From contig CM075993.1 of NCBI GenBank assembly GCA_038087875.1, positions 1,614,001 to 1,678,000 of the forward strand: 64,000 bases of DNA, given 5' to 3'. Of the stretch, positions 22,969-35,103 are shown in pieces; the first letter of the stretch is position 1; the number at the start of each line of letters is the position of its first letter. The stretch comes from Malacoraja senta (lineage: Eukaryota). Position numbers and translations under genes: made by a program. The notes beneath the pieces are model-generated. The model was not told the origin of the DNA, searched no databases, and saw nothing but the letters and a program-made list of their open reading frames with translations.

Positions 22969-23958
22969 TTTTCACCAATGGTCACTGCAACTTTCTCGTG
23001 ATGGCTATCATTCAATGCAAACTGATAATTCCTTTTAACAGCATACTCACCAGCTTCATCACTGTCTTCATCACTTCCAAAATCACCTTCTGCGTGACAG
23101 ACATGACCCTTCTTTTTCTGCCAAGGTTTGTCTTTCTTTTCACTGGACTTCCCTTTCTTGCTGTAATCACTTGTCTTGTCCCTGGCCTTACTTTTACATT
23201 TCTTTGCAAAATCATCTTTATCTCCACATTTCCTACATGTTCTACCTTTTGCTGGACAACATGCATCTTTCCCTATGTGACCCCTGTTGCCACACCTGTA
23301 ACACTCGATCTCATGTTCAGGCTTACTTCTTGGTCTAACGTTGGACAGGTGGTTAACTTGCCCAGTTTTAGAATCTTGCAATTCATGCTGTGAAATTGTC
23401 CCTCAACAACTTCCAGTGCCGCTGCAATCGACAAAGCATCATTAAGGTTTAACTCACCCCCTTTTTCTAGCAGCCTTCTCCTGAGCTTGTCTGACCTGCA
23501 ATGCTGGATAACCTGATCCAATATCTGGTTTTCCACATCAGCAGCCACATATTTGCATCCTACAGACACCTGTCTGAGTCTTGTCACAAATTGAGCAACA
23601 GTCTCTCCCTCTTCCTGCATTGTTTTACAGAATAAATGGCGTTGAAATGTAGCATTTGGCACCACCACATAATGACTGTTTGAAGCATCAACGGCTTTCT
23701 TATTGTCTTCCTTCATTCCGGTATCAGGGAGTGTTTTAAAAATCAAACTGCTGGCCTCGCGATGAAGAGAAGCAATTCTCTCCGCTGCGCCTTCTGCCCC
23801 GGCGAATTCTCCTCAAGAAAGAGCCCTCGACTGTCGGCGTAAGCTTCGAATTCCTCCAGCCAAGCGTTCCACTTCACGCTGACGGTACTCGCATCACCCG
23901 TCGGATCGAAGTGTGCAACTCCACGAAGTGCTAATAAATCAGCTCCAGCGATCGCCAT
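22969..23958 (-). pseudogene. Gypsy gag remnant
   Basis: MAIAG...FDPTGD...WNAWLEEFEAY, QEEGETVAQFVTRLRQ, CYRCGNRGH...CPAKGRTCRKCG; frameshifted. Confidence 0.85.
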
Positions 23959-24042
23959 TTTAAAAGAAAAATCTTTTTTTTTCCAGCTCGATGCCACGGA
24001 TTCAGAATCCAAAATATCTAAAATATCCGAAATATCCGAAAT

Positions 24043-24055
24043 ATCCTCGTCGCCA
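24043..24055 (-). promoter_or_regulatory. Primer-binding site (tRNA-Ser-type)
   Basis: TGGCGACGAGGAT 1 nt after the 5' LTR, complementary to the ...AUCCUCGUCGCCA 3' end of vertebrate tRNA-Ser(GCU) as recalled. Confidence 0.8.
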
Positions 24056-24056
24056 A

Positions 24057-24264
24057 TGTCACATCCTGGCCACAGAAGTGAAGTAATAATGATTCTGACA
24101 CATTATTAAGAGGTTACATTCCATTCTCCGAGTTTATTATCTCACACACCAATGGCCCCCTGCCTTGGCTAACACAGTGCACATGCAATCTGACCTCCAA
24201 GTCATCTGATACAAAGGTCATGAATGATATTTTCATATCATCATCATGTCTCATCGTCATGACA
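24057..24264 (-). repeat. 5' LTR of the Gypsy element
   Basis: TGTCA...TGACA inverted termini; direct repeat of 19917-20104. Confidence 0.88.
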
Positions 24265-27200
24265 GACTGTTTGCAAGGCCTGAAGAGGGGTCCTGACCTG
24301 AGACGTCATCAATCCATTCCCTCCGCAGACTCTACGTGACCGACTGACTTCCTCCGTGGTAGAGTGGCTGAATCATCCTACACACAAGGGGTAATTTACA
24401 AAAGCCAATTAAACTAGAAACCTGCACATCTTTGGAGTGTGGGAGGAAACCGGAGCACCCGGAGGAAACCCACGTGGTCACAGGGAGAACGTACAAACTC
24501 CTACAGACAGCACGCGTAGTCATGATCGAACCCAGGTATCTGGAGCTTTAAAGCAGTTTAGCTCACTAGTCCTGCATTATTTTACTTTCCAATTCCACTA
24601 GTTGAGCAAGACTTAGTGCACTCTCAAAGATTAGTTATAGGAAGGAACTGCAGATGCTGGTTTAAACCGGAGATAGACACAAAATGCTGAAGTAATTCAG
24701 TGGGACAGGCAGCATCTCTGGATAGAAAGAATGGGTGATGTTTCGGATCAAGACATTTCGGGTCCGAAGAAGGGTCTCAACCCGAAACGTCATCCATTCC
24801 TTCTATCCAGAGATGCTGCCTGAGTTACTCCAGCATTTTGTGTCTATTGTCTCAAAGATTAGGTTTGCTTCAGATTACAACAGCCTCTGACTGTGGTCTG
24901 TGTGGATTCTACACACAAAGCTGCTCCTTTGTATCTGTGGGGCTGTGTGGCTGTAATTACTGTCATCTGATAATTTTCTTCATTCACCTACAAACTCGCC
25001 CACAGTTTCTCAACCATAAAGCTTCGTAGAACCTTGCTTCACCATGCTTTTCCAATTAATACACCTATTCCTTTGTTTTTTTTCATGAACAGGTTTTTTT
25101 TCATGAACAGGTTTTTTTTCATGTACAGGTTTCTCCAGGTTGTCTCATAAACCCCCACACATAAAATCACGCTAATCAGGAAAGATGAGTTTATTTTCAA
25201 TAACAATATCAGCAAAGGAATGTGATTCTTGCAGAATTCCACGCCAACTTGATATAAAAGTAAAAAAATATATATATTTTTAAATCAGGTGCAGATCTGA
25301 CTGAAGAAGGGTCCCAACCCTTCTTCAACCCTGAATAAGGTTTCCAAGAATGTTTCCACTAGTGGGAGAGTCTCGGGGTAGAGGTCATAGCCTCATAATT
25401 AAAAGGACATTCTTTTAGGAAGGAGATGGATCTTTTTAATGACCTTATGACCAACCCAGAACATCGCCTATCCATATTGTCCAGAGACTGCCTGACCCGA
25501 TGAGTTACTCCACCACTTTTGGCCATCTGCAGTTCCTTGGTCTGCACTTTGTGTCATTGTATCTGCAGTTACTTATTTCTACAGATCCTAAGAAGGCTTG
25601 ACACGGTAGATGATGCACCACTGGGAGAGGCAGGAACAAGGGGACATAGTTGCCAGGTAAGGGGCTGGTCACTTTACACTGGGGTGTGCAGATGTTACTT
25701 CCCTCAGGGGGTAGTCAGTGAGCCTCTGCAATTCTCTGCCCCTGAGGGTGGTGGAGCAAGACCATTGAAGATGTTGAAGGTGGAGATGGATAAACACTGA
25801 TAGTGAAGGTGAGGATTAGTCAAGAGTCAAGAGTGTTTTATTGTCAGAGGTCCCGGATGGGGCAATGAAATTCTTACTTGCTGCAGCACAACAGAATATG
25901 TGAATATGTAAACATTGTACATAATGGGGGAAGAGAAAAAAAGAAGAAAAAGTTCAATAAATAACAAATATAGTGCAATAATAATATAGTCTTCTGCAGC
26001 CTTATGGAGACAAAATACAGGAGTTGAGGTCAGGGTAGAAGGGTCTGAAGAAGGGTCTCGACCTGAAACGTCACCCATTCTGCCTGTTTCGCTGCATTAC
26101 TCTGGCATATTGCACCTGTCATTGGCGTAAACCAGCATCTGTAGTTCCTGCCAACACATCCACAGATATATTGAATCACAGGGCAGCTTTAGAATCAGGT
26201 GACCTACTCCTGCTCCTATTTTCTTGTGTTCTTATGTTCTCAAAAACCGCTGTGACCTTTGCTAGCTTGGAGGAGGATATGTACCAACCACATATATATC
26301 GATATGACTACATTACCACTACCGTGACTGTGGTTGAACATGGAGACATGTGTTATGTTCTTAAGAGATTCTGAGGAAGTTTTAAACTTCTATGCAGATT
26401 GTTATTTTTAAAGTAGATTAGGTTTAGCTGTTATGAAGTTGGTTGCACATACTTCTTTACATTTGCTTTTGTTTGACCCTAGTCTTAAAATATATGTGGT
26501 TCATTTCTTTTTACTTGATAGATGCCCATCTTTATGACCAGCTACGTGCAATTTAGGTGTAGATAAGCACTTGAAAAGGAAATAAATGGAAAGTTTTGTT
26601 GATAGAAAGATGTTGATGGAAAGTTAGATTATTTCTGCATTCTGAAATGCGTAAAAACGAGACACAAAGTGCTGGAGTAACTCAGCGGGCCAGGCAGCAT
26701 CTCTTGAGGTTACATTGGACAGGTGACATTTCGGGTCGGGTCCCTTCTTCAGGCTGAAGTCAGTCAGAAAAAGGGTCCCAATCTGAAACATTCCCCATTC
26801 ATGATGTGCAGACATGCTGCCTCACCCGCTGAGTTATTCTAAGACATTGTGTCTTGTTTTTTGTAGAGCCTGCATTTCCTTGTTTCTATATTATGAAATG
26901 CATTGATGAGGAGATAATTCTACATTCTACATTTTACTTGATCGTCGTCCCCTTTGATCTGTCGTTTTCACACCTTACCCTTCCATATCTCTATGTTTCC
27001 CTCTCCCCTGACTCTCAGTCTGAAGAAGGGTCTTGACTTGAAACATTACCCATTCCTTCTCTCCAGAGATGCTGCCTGTCCCGCTGAGTTACTCCAGCAT
27101 TTTGTGTCTATGAGATAATCAGTATCTGTTTCCCAAGGTAGGTGAAGTTACAGAGCCTAGGTCTAACGTGAACATGAAGGTTAAAACAATTTGAAGGATG

Positions 27201-27700
27201 CATCTTGCACATGAAGAGTAGTTGCGATCTGGAAGACACTGCCAGAGGAGGTGGTGAAGACAATGGCAGTAAATACATTTACGAGGCATCAAGCAATAGA
27301 GCTGTCTAGCATGGAAACAGGTTCTTCAGCCACCTGGTCCTTGCCAACCATACTTGGCTACCATTTGCCTGCCTTTGGCCCATATCCTCTAACCACCTCC
27401 TATCCATATATCTGTCCAAATGTCTTTTCAAAATCATAATTGTATCTGCTTCTATGCATTTGTACAGGTACTTGAATGATGAGGGGATAGAGGGGCATGG
27501 AACTAGTGCAGGGAAGTGGGATTCGATGGGCGTGATGGTCACCTGAGACACAGTGGGATGAAGGCTATAGAGAGTGGATGAGAAAGTAGGATTACATAGA
27601 ACTAGTGTGGTGGGGTGATTGAGGGTGGGCGTGGACAGTGGGCCGAAGTGGCTGTTTACATGCTGCATCTCTAAACTAAACTAAACTGAACTAAACTAAA

Positions 27701-27829
27701 TCTTCTTCTTTCGTGTGGCGTGCACAGCCTAAAGTTGTAGGTCAACTTGTTCTATTTGTTTGTGCACGTTGGGTTGATGAAATTAGTCGAAACAGGGTGG
27801 ACCAGGTGAAGGTTGCAATCTCCCACCCC
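27701..27829 (-). mobile_element. HDV-ribozyme-headed SINE-like element, copy 3 (intact 5' end, diverged)
   Basis: Starts GGGGTGGGAGATTGCAACC and ends ACACGAAAGAAGAAGA; inserted at a V-SINE (ctaaa)n tail; probable TSD actaa(a)tct. Confidence 0.85.
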
Positions 27830-30800
27830 ACTAATCTCAATGAAACAACTAAACTACAGGAGCAATAGAATTTAGAAAAAAACTAAAAGGGTTCTCAAGG
27901 AAACCTACAGAATTCTAACAGGACTTGGTGGACTGGATGTAGTGAGGTTGTTCTTAATGGTTGGGGAGCACAACATCAAAGATCATGATGCCTGGATTTG
28001 CAGGATGTCACTTTGAACTTAGAGAAGAAGTGTCTCCATTCAAAAGATAGAGCCACAGAGCCAAAGGCCCTTCAGCCCAACTTGTTCATGCCGACCAAGA
28101 TGCCCCATCTACAGTAGTCCCACCTACCCATGTTTGGCCCATACCCTCTCAACCTTTTCTGTCCAAGGTGACCCTGTGGAACCTGCTACCACAGGAGGTA
28201 GCACCTGAGGTCAGGATTGAACTCAGATTGCTGGAGCTGCAGGAGAACATCTCTACCAGCTGCAATAACGTGCCATCCATTTATCCACATTAAGCTGTAT
28301 CCACCATGAATTTCCCCAGTCCCCCATTTGTGCTCAACTTCTCTCCCAGCTTTTTGTCATCAACAGGCTTGGACATGTTACATGTAGTTCCTTCACCCAA
28401 GTCATCCACCAACGCTGGGGGCTGGGACAAAGATGGAGCCATGCTGCGCTACACACCAGTCTTGCTCTCCAGTGTGACCGCTCGTGTGCCGCACTCTGCA
28501 CGATTCTGCTCGGCAACGAGTTCTCATGCATTTTGCCCACGCACCATTTTACAACGACAAGCAACGACAGGCACTTTTTCACAACACCAGCCACACTGCA
28601 GTCACCAACTTCCCTCATCGCCCCTATCTCACCTGATCCAGTGCCATGAACGCAGAGTCAACAACCAAACCTTCCTTCCACGGCCCTTCATTGCCAAGGG
28701 TTCATTATGTTCTCATTATCATTATGCAATGGGAAATCTGCCTGGGGCAACCAAGGATAGGTTGGGCAAGGCAGGAAATTGGTGGGAAAATAATATTTAT
28801 GTGGTTCACACATAAAAGTGAGATGTTCCAATCGACTGTTGTGTAACACACCCATCTGTGTTCCCTTGAGCAACCACTAATCCTTACATTTCCTCTTCCA
28901 AATATTTCTGCATGATGCAATCCCCAATGTTTTCAGTTGCATTCATTGGATCATTGAGCTTCCTGATAACAAATAGAATTCAAGAGGATAGAGTAGACAC
29001 AAAATGCTGGAGTAACTCAGCGGGACAGGCAGCATCTCTGGAGAGAAAGAGTGGCTGACGTTTCGGATCGGGGCGTCATCAGTCAGAAGAAGGGTCTCGA
29101 CCCGAAACGTCACCCATTCCTTCTCTCCAGAGATGATGCCTGTCCCGCTGAGTTACTCCAGCATTGTGTGTCTATCTTCGGTTTAAACCAGCATCTGGAG
29201 TTCCTTCCTACGGAAGTCAAGAGGTGTTGCTGGGAGAGAGGATGTAAGGGGGGGTGTAAATGAGATGGGATTAGTGGCAGGGGTGCGGAGACAATGAACA
29301 TTGAAGGATTGGCTGAACAAGCTGTGGTAAGAATGGCAGCATTGGAATTGCTGACTTGGGAGCCAGCAACAGGGATTTAATAGCAACCTGAGCAACAACC
29401 TTTTCACACAGATGGTGGTGAGTGTATGGAACAGACGTAGTTGAGGCAGGCACTATAACAACATTTAAAAAACGATTGGACAGGTACATGGATAGGAAAG
29501 GTTTAGCGGGATATGGGCCATAGGCTGGCAGGTGGGACTAGTGCTGGTGGGGCATTTTGGTCAGCATGGGCGAGTTGGGCCGAAGGGCCCGTTTCCACGC
29601 CCTATGACTCTATGACTATAACTCTACAGTTAATAGTTTCTGTCCATTTTCCACCACAGATGCTGCCTGGTGCACTGTGTTCCTCCAACAGTTAGGAGAA
29701 CATGGATTGGTGACTCTTTGGGCCATGACCTTTCTTCAGACTGGAGTAACTCTCGCTGAGTTACTCCAGCACTTTTGTGTCTTTTTTTTTGTAAACCGGC
29801 GTCTACAGTTCCTTGTTTCTCCTCCCCACCGGTTAGTTTTTGAGTTCAGCAGCTGCAGTCTCCTGTGCCTCCAGCTAACAGATTCGTTCTTTGACTGAAG
29901 AATTCCATTGCCACAGTCGTTCTGTAGTAAATCTCAGATAAGTCCGTTTAATCTAGTTTTATTCAGTCAAATGTTGTGTAATGGATCTGTGGCTAATCCT
30001 TCCTATTTTGAAACTCTTTTCTAATGGAGCATTGTGGAGGTTTTGCAGTGAATGATTTGTTCAAGTTGTTTTATCAGTTGGGCACCTTTACTCATTCCAT
30101 TCCATTGAGATATAACTTATGTAGAAAATAGAGTTGAGACAGTGTTGTGACATCTGCGACCAAAAGAAGGAGGGAGTGTAGGTTTTATGAACAATGGTGT
30201 TATTGTTTCACTTGGTCATGGGAACATTATGAAATATCACTTGTAGACCTTCGTTGATTAGAAGGATTTTTCATCATGCATAACTTTTAACTACTTTTCC
30301 CAACGTCTTGACATTTATTCCTCGTACGTGGGTCTCACCGTGATTCAAGTTGTCCCGACCCGAAACGTCGCCTGTTAGTCATTAGGCTTGACTTAGAGTC
30401 ATATATTCATAGTCGTACAGCGTGGGAACAGGCCCAACTTGCCCGCCCCAATCAAGAATTTGTAGCAATAAACAAATGATCTGCTGGTGGAAACTCAACG
30501 AGCTGAGCAGCATCTGGTGAGAAGAATCGTAAACATTTGGAAACGCGATCAGGACTGAGAATAGAGAGGGAAGAAGCTGGTGTAACTGGGAGAGGGGCAA
30601 GAGTGAGACAGGGGATGCGGTGGAGGAGGCGGCAAGGGCCGATGGGCAGGTGGTGCCATGCAGAGGAGGAGTGGGATGGGTGAGGTAGGAGACAGAGGCA
30701 GTGGGATGGGTGAGGTTGGGAGACAGAGGCAGGTGGGTGAAAGGAGGAAACGGCAGGTGGAACCTGGGGCTAACGTTTTGTTTACAAGCCTCGCAATGCT

Positions 30801-32026
30801 CTTCTGTCCTAAATCTCTTCATCAAATACCATTGAATGGTGTGCTGGGAATATTAATGTACCTGAAATTGACTATTAATCTGTGAAATCATCTTTTTCCT
30901 CATTCCTCACGATCTCAGCTAGAAACATGGATAAGCACAGAAGAATGGGGAAGGGTTCTGTGCCATTGCACATCAATCTATCAATTGGAAACATTCCAGT
31001 CATCCATGCAGATCAGTCAGACAGAATTACAGACAGACGTCTTCAATAAAATACTTCCATGCTCAGTTATACTCAATAGGTACATTGGTTTCACTTCAAC
31101 GAGGTATACCGAAACAAACGTTAAAAAATGGGTGGGAAAGGGCGTATTGACGCATTAATCTTGCACCCACGTTGATGACTGGACCATTGAAACAATCTGA
31201 TGAGGAGGGGGATAGCAAACAGAAGCAAGAAGGCAGAGGTTGCTTCCTCCACTCACCCTCCCTACCCACATCATCCTAATTCCATCCAACCACTGCCCAA
31301 CAGAGGTCATTCTTGGCGTCAAGTTCAGGTTTAGTTGATGCATTTAATACTGAGTTGGAGAGTCATCGGGTCAAACTGGGAGAAAAGCACATGCCGATAA
31401 TGACTAATATTGCAAAAAGCTGCATTATTGTTATGGGTATCGTAACATCAGTTTCAATTTATATACTGCCTTGTAACATAGCAAACATATTAGAAACATA
31501 GAAAATAGGCCCAGGAGTAGGCTATTCGGCCCTTCGAGCCAGCACCGCCATTCAATATGATCATGGCTGATCACCCAAAATCTGTATCCTGTTCCTGCTT
31601 TCTCCATATCCCTTGCTTCCGTTAGCCCTAAGAGCTAAATCTAACTCTCTATTGAAAACTATTCTGGGGCACATCATCAGAGTGTTATCAATCAATGACG
31701 TGGTCTGGCTGCCAAAGTATATACCACAGCTGCTGATCGACGGCATGGTCTTAAAGGTGGGCTGAGACATCACTCTTGGTATTTATGGCATCCAACCCAA
31801 GCAATGGCAGGTTTACAAAGTTTGTTCACTAACACGATCATGTGGAAAGAGTCATGAGATTAAAACAGAAAATAAAACAGAATTGTTTTTGATATATCAG
31901 TTGCGATAACCTACTGACCTAAAACCAGTTCTGTAGCTTCAGGGCGAATAGAACATTTGAAGAGATTATAGACTGATAAGACTGACTGTAGAATAGTCTA
32001 ACCAATAACATATTAAAAACATTGTT

Positions 32027-32725
32027 GTGTAGGAAGGGACTGCAGATGCTGGTTTAAACCGAAGATAGACACAAAAAGCTGGTTATACAAAAATGCTGAA
32101 GAAACTCAGCGGGTGAGGCAGCATCTATGTAGTGAAGGAATGGGTGACGTTTCGGGTCGAGACCTTTCTTCAGACTGATGAGGGGATGGGGGGGCGGGAA
32201 GAAGAAAAGAAAGGCTGTGGGAGAGCTGGGAAGGGGAGTGGAAAGAGAGAGAAAGCAAGGACTACCTGATATTGGAGAAGTCAATGTTCATACCGCTGGG
32301 GTGTAAACTATCCAAGTGAAATATGAGGTGCAGCTCCTCCAATTTACGGTGGGACTCACTCTGGCCATGGAGGAGGCCCAGGACAGAAAGGTCAGATTCG
32401 GAATGGGAGGGGGAGTTGAAGTGCTGAGCCACCGGGAGATCAGGTTGGTTGGAAGGGATTTCACGCCAGTGGGCCACATGAGTGGCAAGGGTGTGGGGTA
32501 AAATTGTGATTTGGTGAAACTGTATTGAATGTATGTATAGCCTCTGAGAATGTCGGATGGAGTTTTGTATGGATCATGTATTGTATATATTTATCTTGGA
32601 TAAAGTATATTTTGAAAAAAAAAAAAAATTAATAAAAATGGTTATTGCGAACTGAGCGGAGGTGTTGGGCGAAGCGATCGCCAAGCCTGCGCTTGGTCTC
32701 ACCGATGTAGAGCAGCTGACACCCA
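32027..32725 (-). mobile_element. Penelope-like element 3' fragment (GIY-YIG C-terminus + pseudo-LTR)
   Basis: CQLLYIGETKRRLGDRFAQH...PDLPVAQHFNSPSH...RKLEELHLIFHLDSLHPSGMNIDFS; interrupted at 32451-32638. Confidence 0.88.
32451..32638 (+). mobile_element. Poly(A)-tailed LINE 3' end (L1/Tx1-like) inserted in the Penelope fragment
   Basis: gataaagtatattttg plus A-rich tail; TSD tggtt at 32446-32450 and 32639-32643; absent from the sister copy near 49875. Confidence 0.65.
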
Positions 32726-33189
32726 GAGGATGACATTACAGGATGGAGAAATTTGTTTCAAAATATTTTCTTTACTTTAATCATGAAATTAAATAAAGAA
32801 CCACCATCAACAATGGACAGTAACAAGATCCAAGAAACCCGCTCATGATTATAGTACAGTCGTTAACATCAACTACCTATAAATAAGAATTTATAAGAAT
32901 GGCAATCTATTTGGCCAGAAATAAAAAAGAAAAAAATGCACAATAACCTAAATACATACAACACTGTTTTTAGATACAAAATGTTGGGGTAACTCAGCGG
33001 GACAGGCAGCATCTCTGGAGAGAATGAATGGGTGACGTTTCGGGTCGAGACCCTTCTTCAGTCCCACTGATTTATTCCAGCTTTTTGTGTCAGAAAACAG
33101 TGTTGTATGTATTTAGGTTAATGTGTATTTTTTCATTTTTAATTTCAGGCCAAATAGATTGCCAATAGTCTGGCGGTACTTCTGGAAAA

Positions 33190-33690
33190 CATAAGACCAT
33201 ATGTCATAGGAGCAGAATTAGACCATTCAGCCAATCGAGTGCTCCACCATTCGATCAAGGCTGATCTATTTTTTCTTCTCAACCCCATTCTCCTGCCTTC
33301 TTTCTGTAGCCTTTGACATCCTTACTAAACAGGTTATTAATCTCTGCTTTAAAAATAACCAATGACTTGGCCTCCACAGTCATCTGTGGCAATGAATTCC
33401 ACAGATTCACCTCCCTCCAGCTAAAGGGATTCCTCCTCATCTCCATTCTAAAGGTATGTCCTTTTGTTCTGAGGCTGTGCCCTCTGGTCCTAGACTCTCC
33501 CACTGGTGGAAACATCCTCTCCACATCCACTAGGCCTTTCATTATTCGGTAAGTTTCAATGAGGTCCTCCCTCATCCTTCTAATCTCTCGTGAGCACATG
33601 CCCAGAGAGCTATCAAATACTCCTCTCACATTAACTCAATCATACCGAGGATCATTCTTGCAAAATTCCTCTGGGCCTTCTCCAACGTTC
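33190..33690 (-). mobile_element. CR1 3' fragment
   Basis: RRMREDLIETYRIMKG...GESRTRGHSLRTKG...NLWNSLPQ. Confidence 0.8.
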
Positions 33691-34309
33691 TTCTTCAAAC
33701 ATGGGGCCCTTGGATAGATGACATTTCAGGTCGGGACCCTTCTTCACTACTGAGGTAGTGTCTAAGTGTCTCAAATGCTGTCTTTCAGATAAGATATCAA
33801 CCCAAGAGCCATATGGTGCCTCAGGCAGTTGTAAAAGCTGTAATCCTTTGAAGATAGACACAAAACGCTGGAGTAACTCAGCGGGACAGATATCATCTCT
33901 GGAGAGAAGGAATGGGTGACGTTTCAGGTCGAGAGCCTTCTTCAGACATAGTATCCTTTGAAGATACTATCTAAAAATCCCATGATGATATTTCTTTGAA
34001 GAACTGGGGTAATTATTCATGTGTCCTGGTCAATATCTATCACTTAGTCTGATTCATTACCAGGTGGCGGTATGCGTGGGAGGTTGTTATGTAAGGAGTG
34101 ATCTAACTTTTCCAACTATTATCATAGTGACCACATTTTAGAAGTATTTCATTGTATGTAAAAGCAAAGAAAAGATCACAGCGTGTCAGGAAGCCAAAAT
34201 CAACAGGCCGATGTCTGCTTTTAGGCACTTTATCACTATTCCGATACATAAAACCTCCCATGGAGTATAATCCTTCACACTCCCACACATTTAATTTTGA
34301 CAATGAATT

Positions 34310-34552
34310 TCGAGTCCACGCCGACCAGTGATCCTCGTACACTAGCACTATCCTACACACAATAGGACAATTAACAACCAAAGACAATTAACCTACAAAC
34401 CTGAACGTCTTTAGGATGTGGGAGGAAACCGGAGAACCCGGAAAAACCCCACGCGGTCACGGAGAGAACGTGCAAACTCCGTACAGACAGCACCCGTAGT
34501 AAGGATCTCTGGCGCTGTAAGGCAGCAACTCTACCGCTGCGCCACCGTGCCG
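34310..34552 (-). mobile_element. V-SINE (HE1-like)
   Basis: Reverse complement of the family at 10085-10388. Confidence 0.8.
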
Positions 34553-35103
34553 GCCAGTAGTTCTACGTACGAGATGTTATTTTTGCCCTGAAGGAAGGGA
34601 GGGTGAGGTAATTAAATTTAGTTTGACATGGCAATATTAATTGTGGGACCCACCCAGAAAAAATCGCAAAGCAGTTCCTGATGCCAATTTGTTTCTCTTT
34701 CAAAAGGAAGAGTTGAACTTTTGGAAGTAGATGCACACATCCCGGGGGATCTAATGAACAGCATTCAAGCACACGTCAGGACAATTAAACCAACTTCAAT
34801 AAAGTTCTACTTATGATGCGTCCAACTCACTCAATGTGGAAGTTAGAAACACATTCAGTTATTTGGACTACAAAAAGACACAAATGACATTCACCCTCCA
34901 TAGAAAGACACAAAATGCTGGAGTAACTCAATGGGACAGGCAGCGTCTCTGGATAGAAGGAATGGCTGCTGATTCGGGTCGAGACCTTTCTTCAGACTGA
35001 GAGTCAGGGGAGAGGGAAACGAGAGATATGGAAATGTACAAAGAGAATGTAACCTTTGTACCCTTCCATATCTCTAGTTTCTCTCTCCCTACTCTCAGTC
35101 TGA

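Larger units (their letters stand above)
19917..24264 (-). mobile_element. Ty3/Gypsy LTR retrotransposon (Mag-like), degenerate
   Basis: Two LTRs of about 190-210 bp, PBS, PPT, gag with two zinc knuckles, RT, RNase H and integrase in Gypsy order; many frameshifts and stops. Confidence 0.93.

Noticed and set aside
19912..24269. Target-site duplication for the Gypsy element
   Set aside because: The flanks gaccc and gactg match at only 3 of 5 positions, so no TSD is claimed.
25076..25130. Three ~19-bp tandem units gttttttttcatgaacag (also ~30-bp purine-rich units at 30661-30740)
   Set aside because: Ordinary local minisatellites with no further structure.
28306..28815. 169-aa ORF with a good Kozak context (ccaccATG)
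   Set aside because: No recognisable domain. Its start is antisense to a decayed CR1 RT (minus strand reads DDLGEGTTCNMSKPVDDKKLG, compare [21 protein letters not shown]), so it is probably a chance ORF.
31661..31770. Possible RTE LINE remnant (LGHIIRV...WLPK)
   Set aside because: Too short and degenerate to support.
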